Assembly (NCBI GenBank): GCA_021613535.1
Contig: CP075494.1
Span: forward strand, 14,012,001-14,076,000
Length of the DNA: 64,000 nt
Reading direction: 5' to 3'
From: Adineta vaga
Lineage: Eukaryota; Animalia; Rotifera
The notes under the pieces are model-generated. The model did not search any database and was not told the DNA's origin. It saw nothing but the letters and a program-made list of their open reading frames with translations. Made by a program: the position numbers and the translations under genes. Shown in pieces: positions 38,790 through 59,949 of the stretch (position 1 is its first letter; every line of letters starts with the position of its first letter).

Positions 38790-39767
38790 TTAAGGAGAAA
38801 GAATATCATCATCAATATGATAATCAGGTCCTGATTCATCAAGAAAATAACCAGCACGTGGTGATGGTCGATCACAACGACAACAAAAATCACATCCATC
38901 AGCTGCTAAACCACCTAATTTACGCCACATTTCTAAATGAGGAATATGGTCAAGACCACGAGCACCACGTTTGATATGCATATAAATTCCTCCAAGAATT
39001 AAGTAAGCAGCTGCAAGACTGAAAAGACTAGAAGAACAAAAAAAACCGACGAGTTCTTTTTTTTTGCATCAAAGTATAACATTGAAATTTACATGATGAG
39101 AAATATGGCACCGCCACTTAATTTCTTCGATTCTGGTAAAACAATTGGACACATTTCCGGAACTTGTAATTGAAACATATAATTACAATGCATATCAGTC
39201 TCTGTATGTTCTTGAAGAATTGTAATGTTATTCTAAAAGAAATATCAACTATGTATTTCATTTTTATTCAATATTTTCTTACCATATTTGCTCCACACAC
39301 AAATATAATTGATGCTTGACGTGAGACATTACCACATGCATCATTATATGGATCACCTTTTTCATATGTTAAAAGTATCCAACCATCTAAAATGAAATCT
39401 TTATTTTCATAATTTCTTTATTTATGAATAATAATTAACCTCCTGAAACAAGATTCACGGGATCCAATCGACCAAGAATATTGGAAATATTCGTTCCTTT
39501 CTGAATAATAGCTGTACCATTTCCTGTATTTTCAGGAGATTTACAAATACCAATTGAATAGGTCAATCCATTATTAGAAACTGTTAATCTAAATAGAAAT
39601 TTTTTTTACTAAAAGAAAGGTCATTGTAACATTGAAAATTACTCTTTTTCATAGATCTTCCATTTTTTCATTACATTTTGAATCGGTTGAGTACGAGAAT
39701 CCGCATGGAAATTACAGTCTCCATAAACTAATGAACAATAGACGATTAATATAAATGTTACACGCAT
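38790..39767 (-). CDS. M6PR: Cation-dependent mannose-6-phosphate receptor-like, multi-exon
   Basis: Signal peptide, MRH domain (WILLTYEKGDPY..C..RQASIIFVC..CNYMFQL..C), TM helix, tail GARGLDHIPHLEMWR..ADGCDFCCR and acidic-dileucine-like DDDILSP. Confidence 0.85.
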
Positions 39768-40520
39768 GATATCAATCTAGAAAGAAAAACCCCCTATTTT
39801 TTATGATGCTGTTTTGATGAATCAGTTATACTATGGTTGATCGATTAGATAAAAGTGAGATAGCACACCTATGAAATGTTATTTCTTTCGTTCTTTCTAT
39901 GGGTTTCTTTTTTTTTTGATTTTATACACATTACTCGGTTTTTTTGCTTCTCGATTGAGTCAATTGTATATAAAATAAAAAAGAAAAAAAAAGGGGAAAG
40001 AAGAAAAGAGAAAAGGGAAAAGGTGGTGTGCCAATTGTGGCGATTTCAGTAGTAGTGACACAATTAACAACTGCAAAATTGACGTGTTCAAGGTTAGTTT
40101 AAACTATTTCTTTTTCTAATACATTTAAGTTAATATTTAGAAAATTTTCTTTCTTTTCGTCGAAATAAATCACATTGGTATGCGAGATAATAAAATATTC
40201 GACGTTATTGTTTTTCTTTTCTTCTCTTCTTCATTTCGACAATTCTCCTAAAATGCCGAGTCATATACAGAAGAACAAAACAACGAAAATATACAGAATA
40301 AGATACATTGAATATGAAGTCATTTCTTGGGTTTCGAATGTCTTCGATATAAAAAAAAAAAGACAACGAAATAATGCATTTTTATCTTTCTCTTTCAAAA
40401 AAATTTACATTCAAGGTTACCAAAGAACGCAAACGAAGAAATATAATCTAAATTTCTTTTTTGCTTCTAGAAGTAATTCTCTGATATATGAAACTGAACT
40501 GATTTCTTTATAGTATAACA

Positions 40521-40949
40521 ATGTCAAGTATAACTACACAATCTCGTCCAATCATAACAAAATCTAGTGATATAATTCGACAACAAGTGGATAGTCGACA
40601 TTGGCAATTATTTGAAACACGTTTAAAAACTTCTCTAATCGATAATAATCAAGATAATTATACGAAATCGAATGATTATCGTATTATTGATCGTTTAAAG
40701 AAAATTGATCGAACACAAATACCGATTGAACCGGATCAACGATGGAAACAATTCTGTTCTCAATTAACAACTAAAACTAATGAATCATCACGTGTTATGT
40801 CGATATTTCATAATGTTTGGATTAAAAACTGGAATATGGTAAATAATCAAACAAAAACGATATCGAATGAAAATACTTTTCCAAAAAGTTTTCTCTCGAA
40901 TGAACGTGATAAAAAAGTGATTTCATCTATTTTACATCAAGTGATTTGA
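40521..40949 (+). CDS. Hypothetical 142-aa protein
   Basis: ATG-initiated intronless ORF after an AG acceptor, host-like codon usage, weak internal repeat (DSRHWQLF / DQRWKQF); no family recognised. Confidence 0.45.
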   Translation: MSSITTQSRPIITKSSDIIRQQVDSRHWQLFETRLKTSLIDNNQDNYTKSNDYRIIDRLKKIDRTQIPIEPDQRWKQFCSQLTTKTNESSRVMSIFHNVWIKNWNMVNNQTKTISNENTFPKSFLSNERDKKVISSILHQVI

Positions 40950-42349
40950 TGTATTTTTAAAAAAACAAACAAACAAACAAACATTTTAATCAAGAGAAGA
41001 AAAAGGTCGAGGAAATCTTTTTCTTCTCTTTTACAATTTATTTACTAGTGAATAATGGATTTTTAATAAAAGAAAATATAAATGTATATAGAACATAATT
41101 GTCATTGTTTTCTAAATACTTACTTGCTAATAAATTCTAGGCAATAAAAATAAATAGAAATCAAATCTCAAAGATCCAAACAGGTAGACGTGGTAAATAG
41201 TTGTCGATCAAAATGCTACTCGAATTGAAAAGTTTTCGAAAGAGGTCGTTCTTGTCTATGTAAAAGTTTTTCTTTGATTAAAAAACTGACAAATAATTTC
41301 CTATTCATCGAATAACTCAGACAGGAACTAATTATTAAAACTTAGTTTTATGACTTTCTATTAATCATTCTTCGGCATCTATTCGAATTGGTGTTTATAT
41401 AAAGAAAAAGACTTTTTTTTGTGACAATAAGATAATGAACAGAAAGAAAGAAAAAACGGCAACTTTTCATTTATGTAATGGAAATATTTGACAGATACAA
41501 TATATAAAAAGGTAAAAAGACAAAAATAGAAACAAGTCAAGGTTTACGATTATGTCAGAATTCAATGAAATGAAAGATTTGATAACTGAATGTAATGATT
41601 GGATAATAGGAAGGTCGCACTTTTGCTTTTAGAATTATCGATTGAGATATTCGAATATAGAGTTGATTTAGATTACAATAATTCAATTGTGTTTTATTAG
41701 GAACGTACCAAACGTTTCCGGACGCCTTCAATTTATCATTCTTATGTATAAATATTGACTTTCAATACAAAAATATTGATCATAAACAAGAAGAGAATAA
41801 ACAAATAATTATATTATTTAACAAAAACTTGATCTAATCTATTTAGAATCAGAATGATTTTCATTGATGACAATAATTGAAGATTAAGTTATAATTTAAA
41901 TATTTAAATGATTGAAAAAATAAATGACGTATGCCTTCAAGCATTTTCAGTTCATCTTGATCATGCAACATACTAATGGAACAAAGAAAAAGTCTTTTGT
42001 GATCTCAGTCAATTTTTTGACACAATTACATCGATTCCGTCATCATTAATTATAGCTGCTAGCCATAGAAACATTTGAAAAAAAACACTTAAACAATAGA
42101 ATATAGTCAAGTTTTTGAAATTAAGTTATTTGTTTTTTCTTCCCAAATAAATTCATATTAATCGAAACATAATTTTATCATCGGATACTTTCATTTAAAA
42201 CAATCTGATTAATATACGTTCTTACTCTTTGTTCTATAATTAAATGTTAGCTAGTTTTGTTTATTTTTCAAATTGTAAAGAACTAGAAAGATATAATTTT
42301 TAACTATTCCCATTCGGAAAGTTTGCGTTATCTTAAGAAAATCTCAATA

Positions 42350-42682
42350 TCACGGCTGTTGATTTGAATATTTCGAACTTTCATGTTCAGATTCAGATAT
42401 GATTCCTCGATGATGTACTGGTGACATGGCCGAACCATAAAATCGACGAATATACATAACTGTACATAATGTAATTAATAGAAGAAATGTAAGACTTATA
42501 CCAGCGCCAATATAATAATACAAACGTTGATCATCTGTACCTTTAAATGTAGCCGCAAAATAGAATAAAACAATAGTTATCGTAAGTAATAAGAATGCAA
42601 AGAAGAGGCATGCATGAATACATCGTTCTTGATCAGTCAAATTTGATTGACTGAATGTATCACGACGACGAAAGAATAGCAT
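42350..42682 (-). CDS. Small two-transmembrane hypothetical protein
   Basis: Two clear hydrophobic helices (ACLFFAFLLLTITIVLFYFAA; YYYIGAGISLTFLLLITLCTVMYI) in an ATG-initiated ORF. Confidence 0.6.
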   Translation of the reverse strand: MLFFRRRDTFSQSNLTDQERCIHACLFFAFLLLTITIVLFYFAATFKGTDDQRLYYYIGAGISLTFLLLITLCTVMYIRRFYGSAMSPVHHRGIISESEHESSKYSNQQP

Positions 42683-45249
42683 GATGACTATCTAAATCGA
42701 CTGAATATTCGATGATTTTTTCTTTCAAACAATTTTCATAACTTACTTTAATTCATTCACGATTGATTTCTATGAATATGATGTTTTAAAGCTATTCTAT
42801 TGATGAGAATAAGTATACGCATGTGCTTCGATCTATGATCTAAAATAATAGACAAAAACTATTTACAAAAAACTTTGAAGAAGAAAACTCTCGTATGGAA
42901 ATGAGATAGTTAATGTACGCATGAAGAAAAACATTCTCAAGCGTTTTTTCTTTACTTACATTAACAATTAATATAAGTTAGAAGAACAAATCATATGCTT
43001 ACTGAGTTTTTTGTTGATGTTTATTTCTACCAAAAAACTTTACCTGTTTAGTTGACAATTTAGAAAGGAAAAGAATTGCAGTAAGTTATTAGAATGAAAT
43101 TGTCAATGCACTACTTTGCTTTTCCCTTCTTTCTCGTTAAATATATTTTGAAAAAAAAAAGAAGCAATTATTTATTGCACACAAACAGAAAATACTATTT
43201 GAGTCAGTCTGTATTCAGAAAAAATAATGTCTCTTCTCTCCTTGATTATTCTTTGACGTCATCGAGAGTTCATTCTCTGTTTAGTTATAGTTCTAGTTAT
43301 ATTATTACACATACATTTCTATTGTCACTCCTGGTTTTTCTCGGTTTTTTTTTCTTCTCTTTCTTCCAAACTTTTCCCGTCGTCATCAATTGTTCTACAC
43401 ATAAACGTACTTCTATGTAAAGCAAAGTATTCCTTCTTCTTCTTCTTCTTCTTCTCATTCTTTTTTCGCATAGTCACAATGGCAAACATATAGATCTACA
43501 TCAAGAGTAGAAAAACGTCGATCATATATAATCGAATGACAAGTTATAAGTTGGCAAATCGGATGAAAGAAAACGAAGAATATTGAACATGTTTTAGTTA
43601 ATCTTGTTTGTCTCTAAGTAATACTTTGATCGTTGGATGTACTCGAGAGATTTCTAGATGACTGTCTCGTAGTAAATCTTGTTTGTTACTGTCTATAAAA
43701 TAGAGAAATATGCAAATGAGAAAAATTTCAAATGACGACCTTGATTTTCATCTTAATACAAATATTCATTAATCTTCTCTCTTACATGAAAATATGGATA
43801 GTGAAATTAATAGTTGTGAGAAACAAACATGTTACATGATATTTGTTACTATTGAAATGAAGGAAGTTCATAAAAATATTTTCACACCTTTATCTACTTG
43901 CTTGATTGTTTCGTAACAGAATTACGCTATGGCATAACATTTATATCTAATAGATTTAAAACAGATCAGTATGATACAAATATGTTTAAAATGATAATGT
44001 TCTATACACAACGAACTGTCTGGAATATGTATGAGGTTTTTTTTATTTTATTCACGATCATCGTTAATATGATGCTTTCTTTACCTTCAGAAAATTAGAT
44101 AAGAACTTACTTGTCTAACTTGCTTCACATATCTAGACTCGATGTACCAAAATTGAACATATTGAAAATAGTTAATATGAGAAGTTGTTCGATGTTCATT
44201 GTGTTGATAAAGAGAGAAAGAACGTTATGTGTGTATTTATTATGAATAACTCTCAAATTCAAGTAAATAAAATCGATCTTATGAGTATTTGATAAGATTA
44301 ATCGAAAGATTGAATGGAAAATGATAAAGGAATACTAGTAAAAATTTGGTTAAGAGAAAAACCACCACCACCACCTCTCTATTCGCTACAAATCATCGGA
44401 TACGTTATGTTCTAGACACGTATTAGTTGCTTGTAATCTATTCTAAAATATGCACGCAAGAAGAATATAGTTCTTGGGCATGTATATAATCAGATGTATT
44501 TCTTTTCCTATTTCTCGTTGCTACAAATCATCTAACTCAATCAAAAAATCATGTCTACATATGAATAGGAAAGAAGAAAAATGATCGTCATCAGCTGGCG
44601 AACTATTTGTACCAGAGGGTTCTATCGTTAACCTTGATATGCTTGTACAGTACTGTAAATCGTTGTCTAAGTATGGCAATTTTGGATCGAACATAAAAAT
44701 AATACTATGCCGGTACATCGTACAAAATAAAGCGGATTTTACGATAGTTCAGACAGAATAAAAACCGCATGTTCCTGTGTACGTTGGTTTGTCATATATC
44801 CACTAGTAAAAATAATAAGCTACTTTAATTTCTTTCATCAGATTGAAAAGTATTTGCCTGCAGACGTCTTTTTGACGTCATTGTGATTTATAAGAAAAGA
44901 AATTTAATCAAATGTGCACGTGAAGAAATCGCGGTCTAGGGAATAGATAAACATTGCCCTTTATTTGTTTACTTCTTCTTTATAAATCAGTGTTAATTAA
45001 TGAACGATGTTTTTTATGTAGAATAAAACATCCAATCAAATCGAATGGGTGAATATTTGTTGTTTGAAAATAATCGATTTGATTCACATTTACAGCACCA
45101 ATGACACTTTTATGAGTCATATCTCTGACCAAATGACATTGACTCACAGATTCTTGCACAATTTGTTGTTGGTCTTTCGTCAATAATAAATTTTCTATTT
45201 AAATTCGACGAAAATAACGTTTTCCCCATCTCTAATCTTATTTCCGACA

Positions 45250-45699
45250 ATGGCTCAAGTCGAAAATATTATTATTAAACTGTACTCATTTGGACATACC
45301 TTTGGTATTCCTAAAAATATGGATCTATTATATTCCATCCGTCATTTACCAACAACAAACGTCGAAAATTATCAACAATATGATGGACGTCATAAACGTA
45401 TTCAAAATGAATTGTTAAATTTAATAGAATATGAAGATATATTAAAAATGATTCAGGAACAATTAAAGAATTTCATTCCAGATCATAAACAAACATGCAT
45501 ATCAATAGCAGTTGGATGTGAACAAGGACAACACCGATCAGTAGCTGTTATTGAACGATTGGCTGAACTGTTAGGAGTGACGTGTAATGTCGAAATCAAT
45601 CATCGAGATTTACAACGAACAAGATATGATAAAAAGAAACAAAGAGAAAGAACAACAAATCGAGATAGCAAATATAATAGCTATGAGGAAGATAACTAA
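45250..45699 (+). CDS. Stand-alone RapZ/YhbJ C-terminal-domain-like protein (intronless)
   Basis: KLYSFGHTFGIP..DLLYSIRHLP and ISIAVGCEQGQHRSVAVIERLA..VEINHRDL parallel the RapZ-CTD pattern SFGFKxGIP..D.VFDVRFLP / IAIGCTGGxHRSV..HRDL. Confidence 0.82.
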   Translation: MAQVENIIIKLYSFGHTFGIPKNMDLLYSIRHLPTTNVENYQQYDGRHKRIQNELLNLIEYEDILKMIQEQLKNFIPDHKQTCISIAVGCEQGQHRSVAVIERLAELLGVTCNVEINHRDLQRTRYDKKKQRERTTNRDSKYNSYEEDN

Positions 45700-45912
45700 G
45701 CGAATATTGATTCGATTCTAGGAATGTGAAAGAATTCTTGATATTTGTTTTTTGATCAAAGGCATTCTGTGTGATAGTGATTAGCACTGATCTTGTTTCT
45801 GTATAATAGTTTGTTAAAATGAACAAATCTTGTTCAATGACTCTGATTTTATATTCTTTCTTATTTATTTATTTATTTTTCAAAATCATCAAAATTTAAA
45901 TCGATTTTGATT

Positions 45913-46828
45913 TTATTGCTCCATAAATCCGGAGTCGTAGAGTTTTTCAACTAATGACGCTAAACCTTGATTAACAGCTTCTTGAACATATAAGGGAACT
46001 TCTTCTAATCGTCCATCATGAATTAATTGAAGAACACTTTGAAAATGTGCACGATCAGTCGATGACATGCGTGTTTTTTCAGCAAAACGACGAATCGTTT
46101 TTGCCACTAGAAAAACAAAAAAATAGAAAGTTTTTCATTTTCAATTGAAAAACAAATAAATATGTCGATGTTTACCGGAAAATGCGGATGCTAATGTATC
46201 AAACCAAAAAGTATTATTTTCATCGATACTTTTGGCAACTTTTTCACCGAATAAAAATGTAAATAATTTTGGTCCATGTAAAGTATATTCTGCATGAAGA
46301 AATTTTTCAATATTTTCTTTTGCTGGTCGTTTAGCTAGAAGAAAACATTGTATCGAGCGAGATATATGAATTCAAGATCAAGCATAATTTCATACCTGCA
46401 ATACATGTTTCTTCATTTTCATCAAGATTACCCGGACAATCACCTGGATGACCATCACAAATGAATTGAAGAGCAATACATCGTTCACTTTGGGGACATT
46501 GAAATGGTTCTGATGGATCAACACATCCTAAAGAAAAAATACGAAATTATGTAGAATCTATTGAAGTTCAATCAGACAAACCTTTGAATTGAACAGCTGG
46601 ATGAAGAAGATCGAATGGTACTGATGAACGTGCACTGAATCCACTCGTTCGTTTATGTTCCAACCATTTTTTAAACAAATCATGTTTATTATGTTGAGAT
46701 GTAACGGGCCAAGATGATCGAAATCTTTCCAAAGAACGATGATTCAATAGGTCATTAGATGATACTTCAAAAATAACTGCCAAGAAGCAGATAAGAATAA
46801 GAAGTAGAGATGGAATAGTCTTTGTCAT
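45913..46828 (-). CDS. Prohormone-4 / IDLSRF-like neuropeptide precursor with LDL-receptor class A module, 4 exons
   Basis: Signal peptide, dibasic KR site, LDLa CDPSEPFQCPQSERCIALQFICDGHPGDCPGNLDENEETC followed by AKRPAKENIEKFL..LFG. Confidence 0.75.
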
Positions 46829-47983
46829 AATAGTTAGACTGATGTATGATGTTGTCAGTTTTTTTTGTTGTATTGAATGAGCAGAAAAATAGAAATAATG
46901 TTTAAAATTAGTGATAACTAACACAGAAAAAAAGAAAAATTCTCGAGAGAATGATCCAAACAATTGCAGACAAGTTTTATTTTTTAGATTGATTAGGATT
47001 TTGCGTTTATTTATAAATAAATAACGATGTTCTATGTCAAATATGATGATCTATAATGCAAGAGAAAAATCAATTATTTATTTTTAAACCTTTTAGTTTA
47101 ATCTAGTTTTTGATTTGAGATTTGAAATCATTACAAAAATGAAAGACATCAATTTCAAACTCAAATAAAGTAATGAAACTCTGACCTTTTAGTTTCGATG
47201 ACGATTGATCATAAGAATATATTGTTCTACTATTCTAATATAAAACATGATAATTAATCAGTAAAATTACTTGAATGTTTTGCAATATATATGTATATAT
47301 ACATGTCTATAGATAATAGTTACCTGTGCAATAGAGAATAGCAAACGAAGAAGAAGTGAACTACTCATTTAATCAATGCTTTTTTTTTCTGATGTTATTG
47401 AACAATATCACAGACATATAAATAATGAAGGAGTGAAATTCACTAATATTGCTAAGTAACTCAATAAAATTATTGCTGTAACAACAAAAGAATACGAATA
47501 TCCTGAAAAGCCCACCACAATATCTAATGTGCATCTTTAATTTCCTTGTATTTTGTCTAATAAAATCTTTTCAAGTGCGCTATGCCCATAATAAATAATG
47601 TGAAAAAAATAAGTTAATTTCAAGTATAGAATACATCGAACCGTACAGAATTCTTTTTTTCATTTGTCACTAAACGAATTTTACCAAAGTAATTTGTATG
47701 GAAAGATTCTCTATATACGTTTGATTAGTTTTAATTTTTCTTTTTTTTGTTTTCGTTTTTAATAACAAGAAAAACATCAACAGAAGTCAAACAACGTAAC
47801 AAACACACGGGCACAACAAAAGTTTTTTAAACATTTCCTCTCTCTCTCTCACACACACACACACTGTAATTGGTGGCGATATTAAAAGAAAAATGAAACG
47901 TTTCCTACGAAATGATATAAAAAAACCAAACGAAAATGTTCGAAGTGCTCTTTGATAAGTTTTTCTTCTGTATTTTGATTCAT

Positions 47984-50410
47984 TTAATGATGACGCATAT
48001 CACGTTGACGTGGTCGCGGAGGTGCACGAATGATATTATCAATACGTAAAACCATTTCAGCAGCTTCAGCAGCACTGCTAACAACTTGTCGTTTTAAATG
48101 ATATGATTCAAGAATACCAAGTTCAACCATATCACCAATTGTACCTTTATCCATATCTGAAATTGAAAACAATTTCAATCAAGAAATTAAATGATGAGAA
48201 ATCAATTCATACCGAGACCATAGGTTGATTTTCCTGCAGTATGTGCAGCACGAAGATTCGAAACTAATTCTGCACTATCATAACCTGCATTATCAGCAAT
48301 GATAGTTGGTAACTACAAAAAATAATGAAAAGATTTCTCTAGAACGTTTTGAAAAAGAGAATCATTTTATTACTTGTCGAAGTGCTTTAGCAAATGATTC
48401 AATGGCAACGGATTCTTTGCCTGGTGTTTTTTCAGCTAATTGAGAAACAGCAGTAGCCATTAACATTTCAGCAGCACCTATTTAGGAAATCAGATAGATT
48501 TATTGGAAATGATTTCGAAAGGATAAGCAAACCTCCTCCATAACAGATACGTGGTTCTTTAACTGTTTGTGATAAAACACAAAGAGCATCATGAATTGAG
48601 CGTTCGGCTTCATCAAGAATTTGTTGTGTTGCTCCACGTAATACAATAGTACAAGCGCGACCTTCAGCAACACCTATAATTCATTCATAAGCAAATCATA
48701 AAACTATTTTTGGAAAACAAACCTGAAAATTTGATCAATTTATCTTCACCAATGATGATTTCTTCGATTAAATCACATTTTCCTAATCGGACTTTATCTG
48801 GTGTATCGAATGTTGAAACAATTTCTCCACCTAAAAATATTCAAAAACGAACATGTCATCAAATATTTTTCCTTTTTCTTCTTACCAAGTACTTGTGCTA
48901 AACGTTCAACACCTTCGAAATCAGCATGTTCAATGGCCATTACACCTTTTTCTGCAAACAATTGTTCAGGATAATCATAGATCAATTGACTAAAACATAA
49001 TGAATTAAACACCAGAACTTTCTCTCATTAAAAATCTTTCTTACCGATTGATGAAAACATTGCAGTTATGTTGAAGAATTTTGTTCACTTTATCTTTCAT
49101 TTTTTCTTTTTCAGCTAATTCCAATTCAGCAACTTTAGCAACTGAATCAACACGAACACGTGAACCAAAAATTTTGACTTTATCAGTATCCATGGGTGTA
49201 TTAGCAATAAGAATACGAGCATTTTCCAATCGTTTTGGCATATTAATGCCAATCTTTTTTTCCAATAAGAAACCTACAAATCAAATATGACCTCTCTTTT
49301 TCTTTCTTCATCTACTGTATAAACTACCTTCTTCAAGATAAGAATCACTCATATTGTTTCCTAAACGTTTGATGATTTGAATGGCTTGTAAATCGGTTTT
49401 ACCCTATGAAGCGAAATATTCCGGGTTTTTTTTTTTCATATGAAAAATTCAATGGTAAAACATACGTTTAATTTCAATACGGCTTCGACACATAACTTAG
49501 CAAAATGTTCCTTTTTTCCTTGAAGAATTTTTGAACTAAGTGTTGTACGAGCAATATTCATAAGATCGCTTTTGAATTGTTCCAAATTTGAACTATAAGT
49601 ATAAATAATCAATGCGAAGGATACAAAAATCATCTTCGTTCTTTCGTACCTATTATTTTTTGCAATGCTTTCTAAAACTCGAAGTGCTTCATTCGTTGCC
49701 TTACGCCATCCATCAATAACTGTTTGAGGATGAATTTTTTGACCGAGTAAAGTTTCCGTTTCCTAGAATAGCCACACAAAAAATAGAATATATACAAGAA
49801 GGCCATCTGGAAAAAATCATACCCGAAGAAGTTCACTAGCCAAGACAACAACTGATGTTGTACCATCACCAACTTCATCATCTTGTACTTTTGAAATATC
49901 TATTTGTATCAGAAAAGTTCATTGCAACAATGTATTAAGAATGATTCAAGAAAACATACCAACAAGAACTTTAGCAACCGGATTATCAATACCAATTTTT
50001 GATAAGATGGTAGCACCATCATTTGTTACTAACAATTTACCTGCATCAGGTCCACCACTCATACTACATTGGAGAATTTTATCCTTAGAAAAAAAAAACA
50101 GAAAAAATTGAATTATAATGAAAATACAACAAGTAATGAGTCATACCATGCCTTTTGGACCAAGCGTTGTTTTGATTAAATCACCAACAGCCATAGCTCC
50201 GGCAAATGAAGACTAAAATTATATCGATGAAAATCTTTCTATTTTTCGAATAAATTTAATCAACTCACTAATCGAGCAAGTTCAGATTTTTCTTCTTCAA
50301 CACCTTGTTTATAAAGTGGAATTGGATTGAGTGCTGCCTGATAATTTAAAGAAATTAATTAATTAGAAAATCTACTATTCAATATTTCTTACATTTAAAT
50401 CGCCACGCAT
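47984..50410 (-). CDS. CCT2: T-complex protein 1 subunit beta, multi-exon
   Basis: [98 protein letters not shown]. Confidence 0.97.
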
Positions 50411-50591
50411 CTTTGTTGATGTTTTTTTCTTTTACGAATAGATATCTAGAGAGAGAAAAAAAGGAATAATACGAAGAATAATAACAGTTCCTATGGAATC
50501 CAAATTTGACCCAAATGGATGAATATGTTGCCATATATATACATACAGAAGAGAATCATTAGAGCGACATCTATCAGAAATAAACATGTTT

Positions 50592-50604
50592 ATCACTTAG
50601 CAAC
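50592..50604 (+). promoter_or_regulatory. Possible RFX X-box-like element upstream of KATNAL2
   Basis: ATCACTTAGCAAC resembles GTNRCC-N(0-3)-RGYAAC and lies ~90 nt before the ATG of a cilia-associated gene. Confidence 0.25.
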
Positions 50605-50693
50605 CAATCACTATTGATCAACGTTGATGATGTCGAATTCGAGGAGATGAATTCTATGTGACAACAAGACGAAAACACTTAGATCAAAGTTTC

Positions 50694-56675
<5,982 letters not shown>

Positions 56676-57230
56676 AATATTTCGTTGATGGATGATTGTG
56701 TGTATTTTTTTTTACAAAAATATGTATATACGTATATATTTATTTATTCTTTACAAAAAAAAGACAAATCATTTAAGATAATATCTGCAGTTAAAAGAAA
56801 TTTGTCAAATAAAACGATAAATATTTGATTGTGTATCTGCTTTTCAGGTCGTAATGGCGCATTTTTGTTGATACATACATATTTTCTTCTAGGACATGAA
56901 TTAGATTTCAGAAATCGATGTTACAAATGTTCAAAATTGTCTGTCTTCAAAAGAACAATTGGTATAAGCATAGATTGCCCTTTCTTATAGATAAGTGAAA
57001 CTTCACGAGAGAAAAAGGTAAAAATACTCCATTGTGTTATAGTTTGAAAAGTGTTCGCAAAGAACGTAAAAGAAAACATAGTTTTGTAATATCACCACGT
57101 GGTATTTTCGCACAGAAATCGAAAGAGAAAAGACGCAGAGGCACTATGATAATCAACAGACTTCTCTTTCAATTGCAATCAGCGACGAGGGTGAAAACAA
57201 TCAAGTAAGTAAGCGGAAAAAGATTTCTAA

Positions 57231-58623
<1,393 letters not shown>

Positions 58624-59152
58624 ATTTGTTTTCTATTAATTTCATTGCTTTTGAGTTAGTTTCTATCATTTTATGTAATTCATTTTGTTCAAAGATAACG
58701 TTTTCGAAACTCAAAAGCTTCTTTATATATTTATAATTTATCAACACTTTTTGATCTTGTTTGAATTTCCGATTAAAAATAGTTTCCTTTTTATTCTGTC
58801 GTATATGCCAAGTTAAAGATCAAGAAACCACAAATACAACTGATTTCATGACATTTTTTTGTTATTGTACACGGCTGATCTAGTATTTATCAAGTAGATT
58901 TTATGACAGAAACTTTTATATAGGTATAAATGAATTCAATACAACATCACATGTACTTTTAAGCATTTTTATCCAACTCTGAAAGATCTACTGAAGTAAT
59001 AAAATACTTGACAGCCGTTTTTATAACTTTCAATTTTATTATAAAATGATTTCTTATCAATCGAAGTAGGCTCATGATCACAACTCCCTATATACTGCTT
59101 TAGCAGCGTGGAAAAGTAGAGACAGAAATTTGGAACGTTTACTGTGTAGAAT

Positions 59153-59795
59153 ATGGCAGGTGACTTTCAACTTTTAGCTCTTCTTGGTGGTGCCCTTGTT
59201 GGATCGGCATTTATATTGTTCCTTTTATCCAATGGACTTGCAGCATGGTACGTACAAAATTTGACTACACCTTTTCCCTCCCCAAAATACAACGTACCAG
59301 CGAAACAAAATTACATGATATTACCTTTTCTATTTTATATGTTTTAGGAGTGAAACAAAGATTGACAAATTAGAAATTACGTATGGTATTTGGCGTCAAT
59401 GTATTTTCACGGAAAGTGAAGACGATATTCCATGCGCAGATATATCGTGTCCTTCAGAAAATTTACCTAGTAGCACTTGCAATAAAATACTTGCTGCTAG
59501 AGCCTTTGTAATTCTAGCTTGTATTCTTTCGGGTGTTTCTGGAACACTGTCGATTATATATTGTGCAATGTCAGGTGATAAAAGACTTCGACGATTACTT
59601 CTTACAAAAAAAGCTCTTGCTATAGGAAGTCTTATCACAGGAATTATAGGTGTTGCACTCGGTATTAGTGCTACAATGACTATACAAAGCGATGCAACAC
59701 TGCGCTTAAGTGATGCTGCATTTATTGGTATCGCTGCAATTGGTGCTAACTTACTTGGAGTAATTGTAACAATACTAATTAAACCGTACTTTTAA
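59153..59795 (+). CDS. Claudin/PMP22-like four-TM protein, 2 exons
   Basis: TM1 ending in W, then YGIWRQC..C..C loop, C..ILAARAFVILACILS, two more TM helices; intron ~59249-59347. Confidence 0.78.
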
Positions 59796-59949
59796 TTAAT
59801 AATACATACGTGATAAAAAGAACTAAAAATTGCCCTTTTTTCATGTCGTTTTTTATATTTACTTAAAATATAGATTCGAAATTTTTAAACACTTTAAGAC
59901 AACCATCGAAAGTAAATTACTTTCAGCCAGAGTTAATCTCACATTATTT

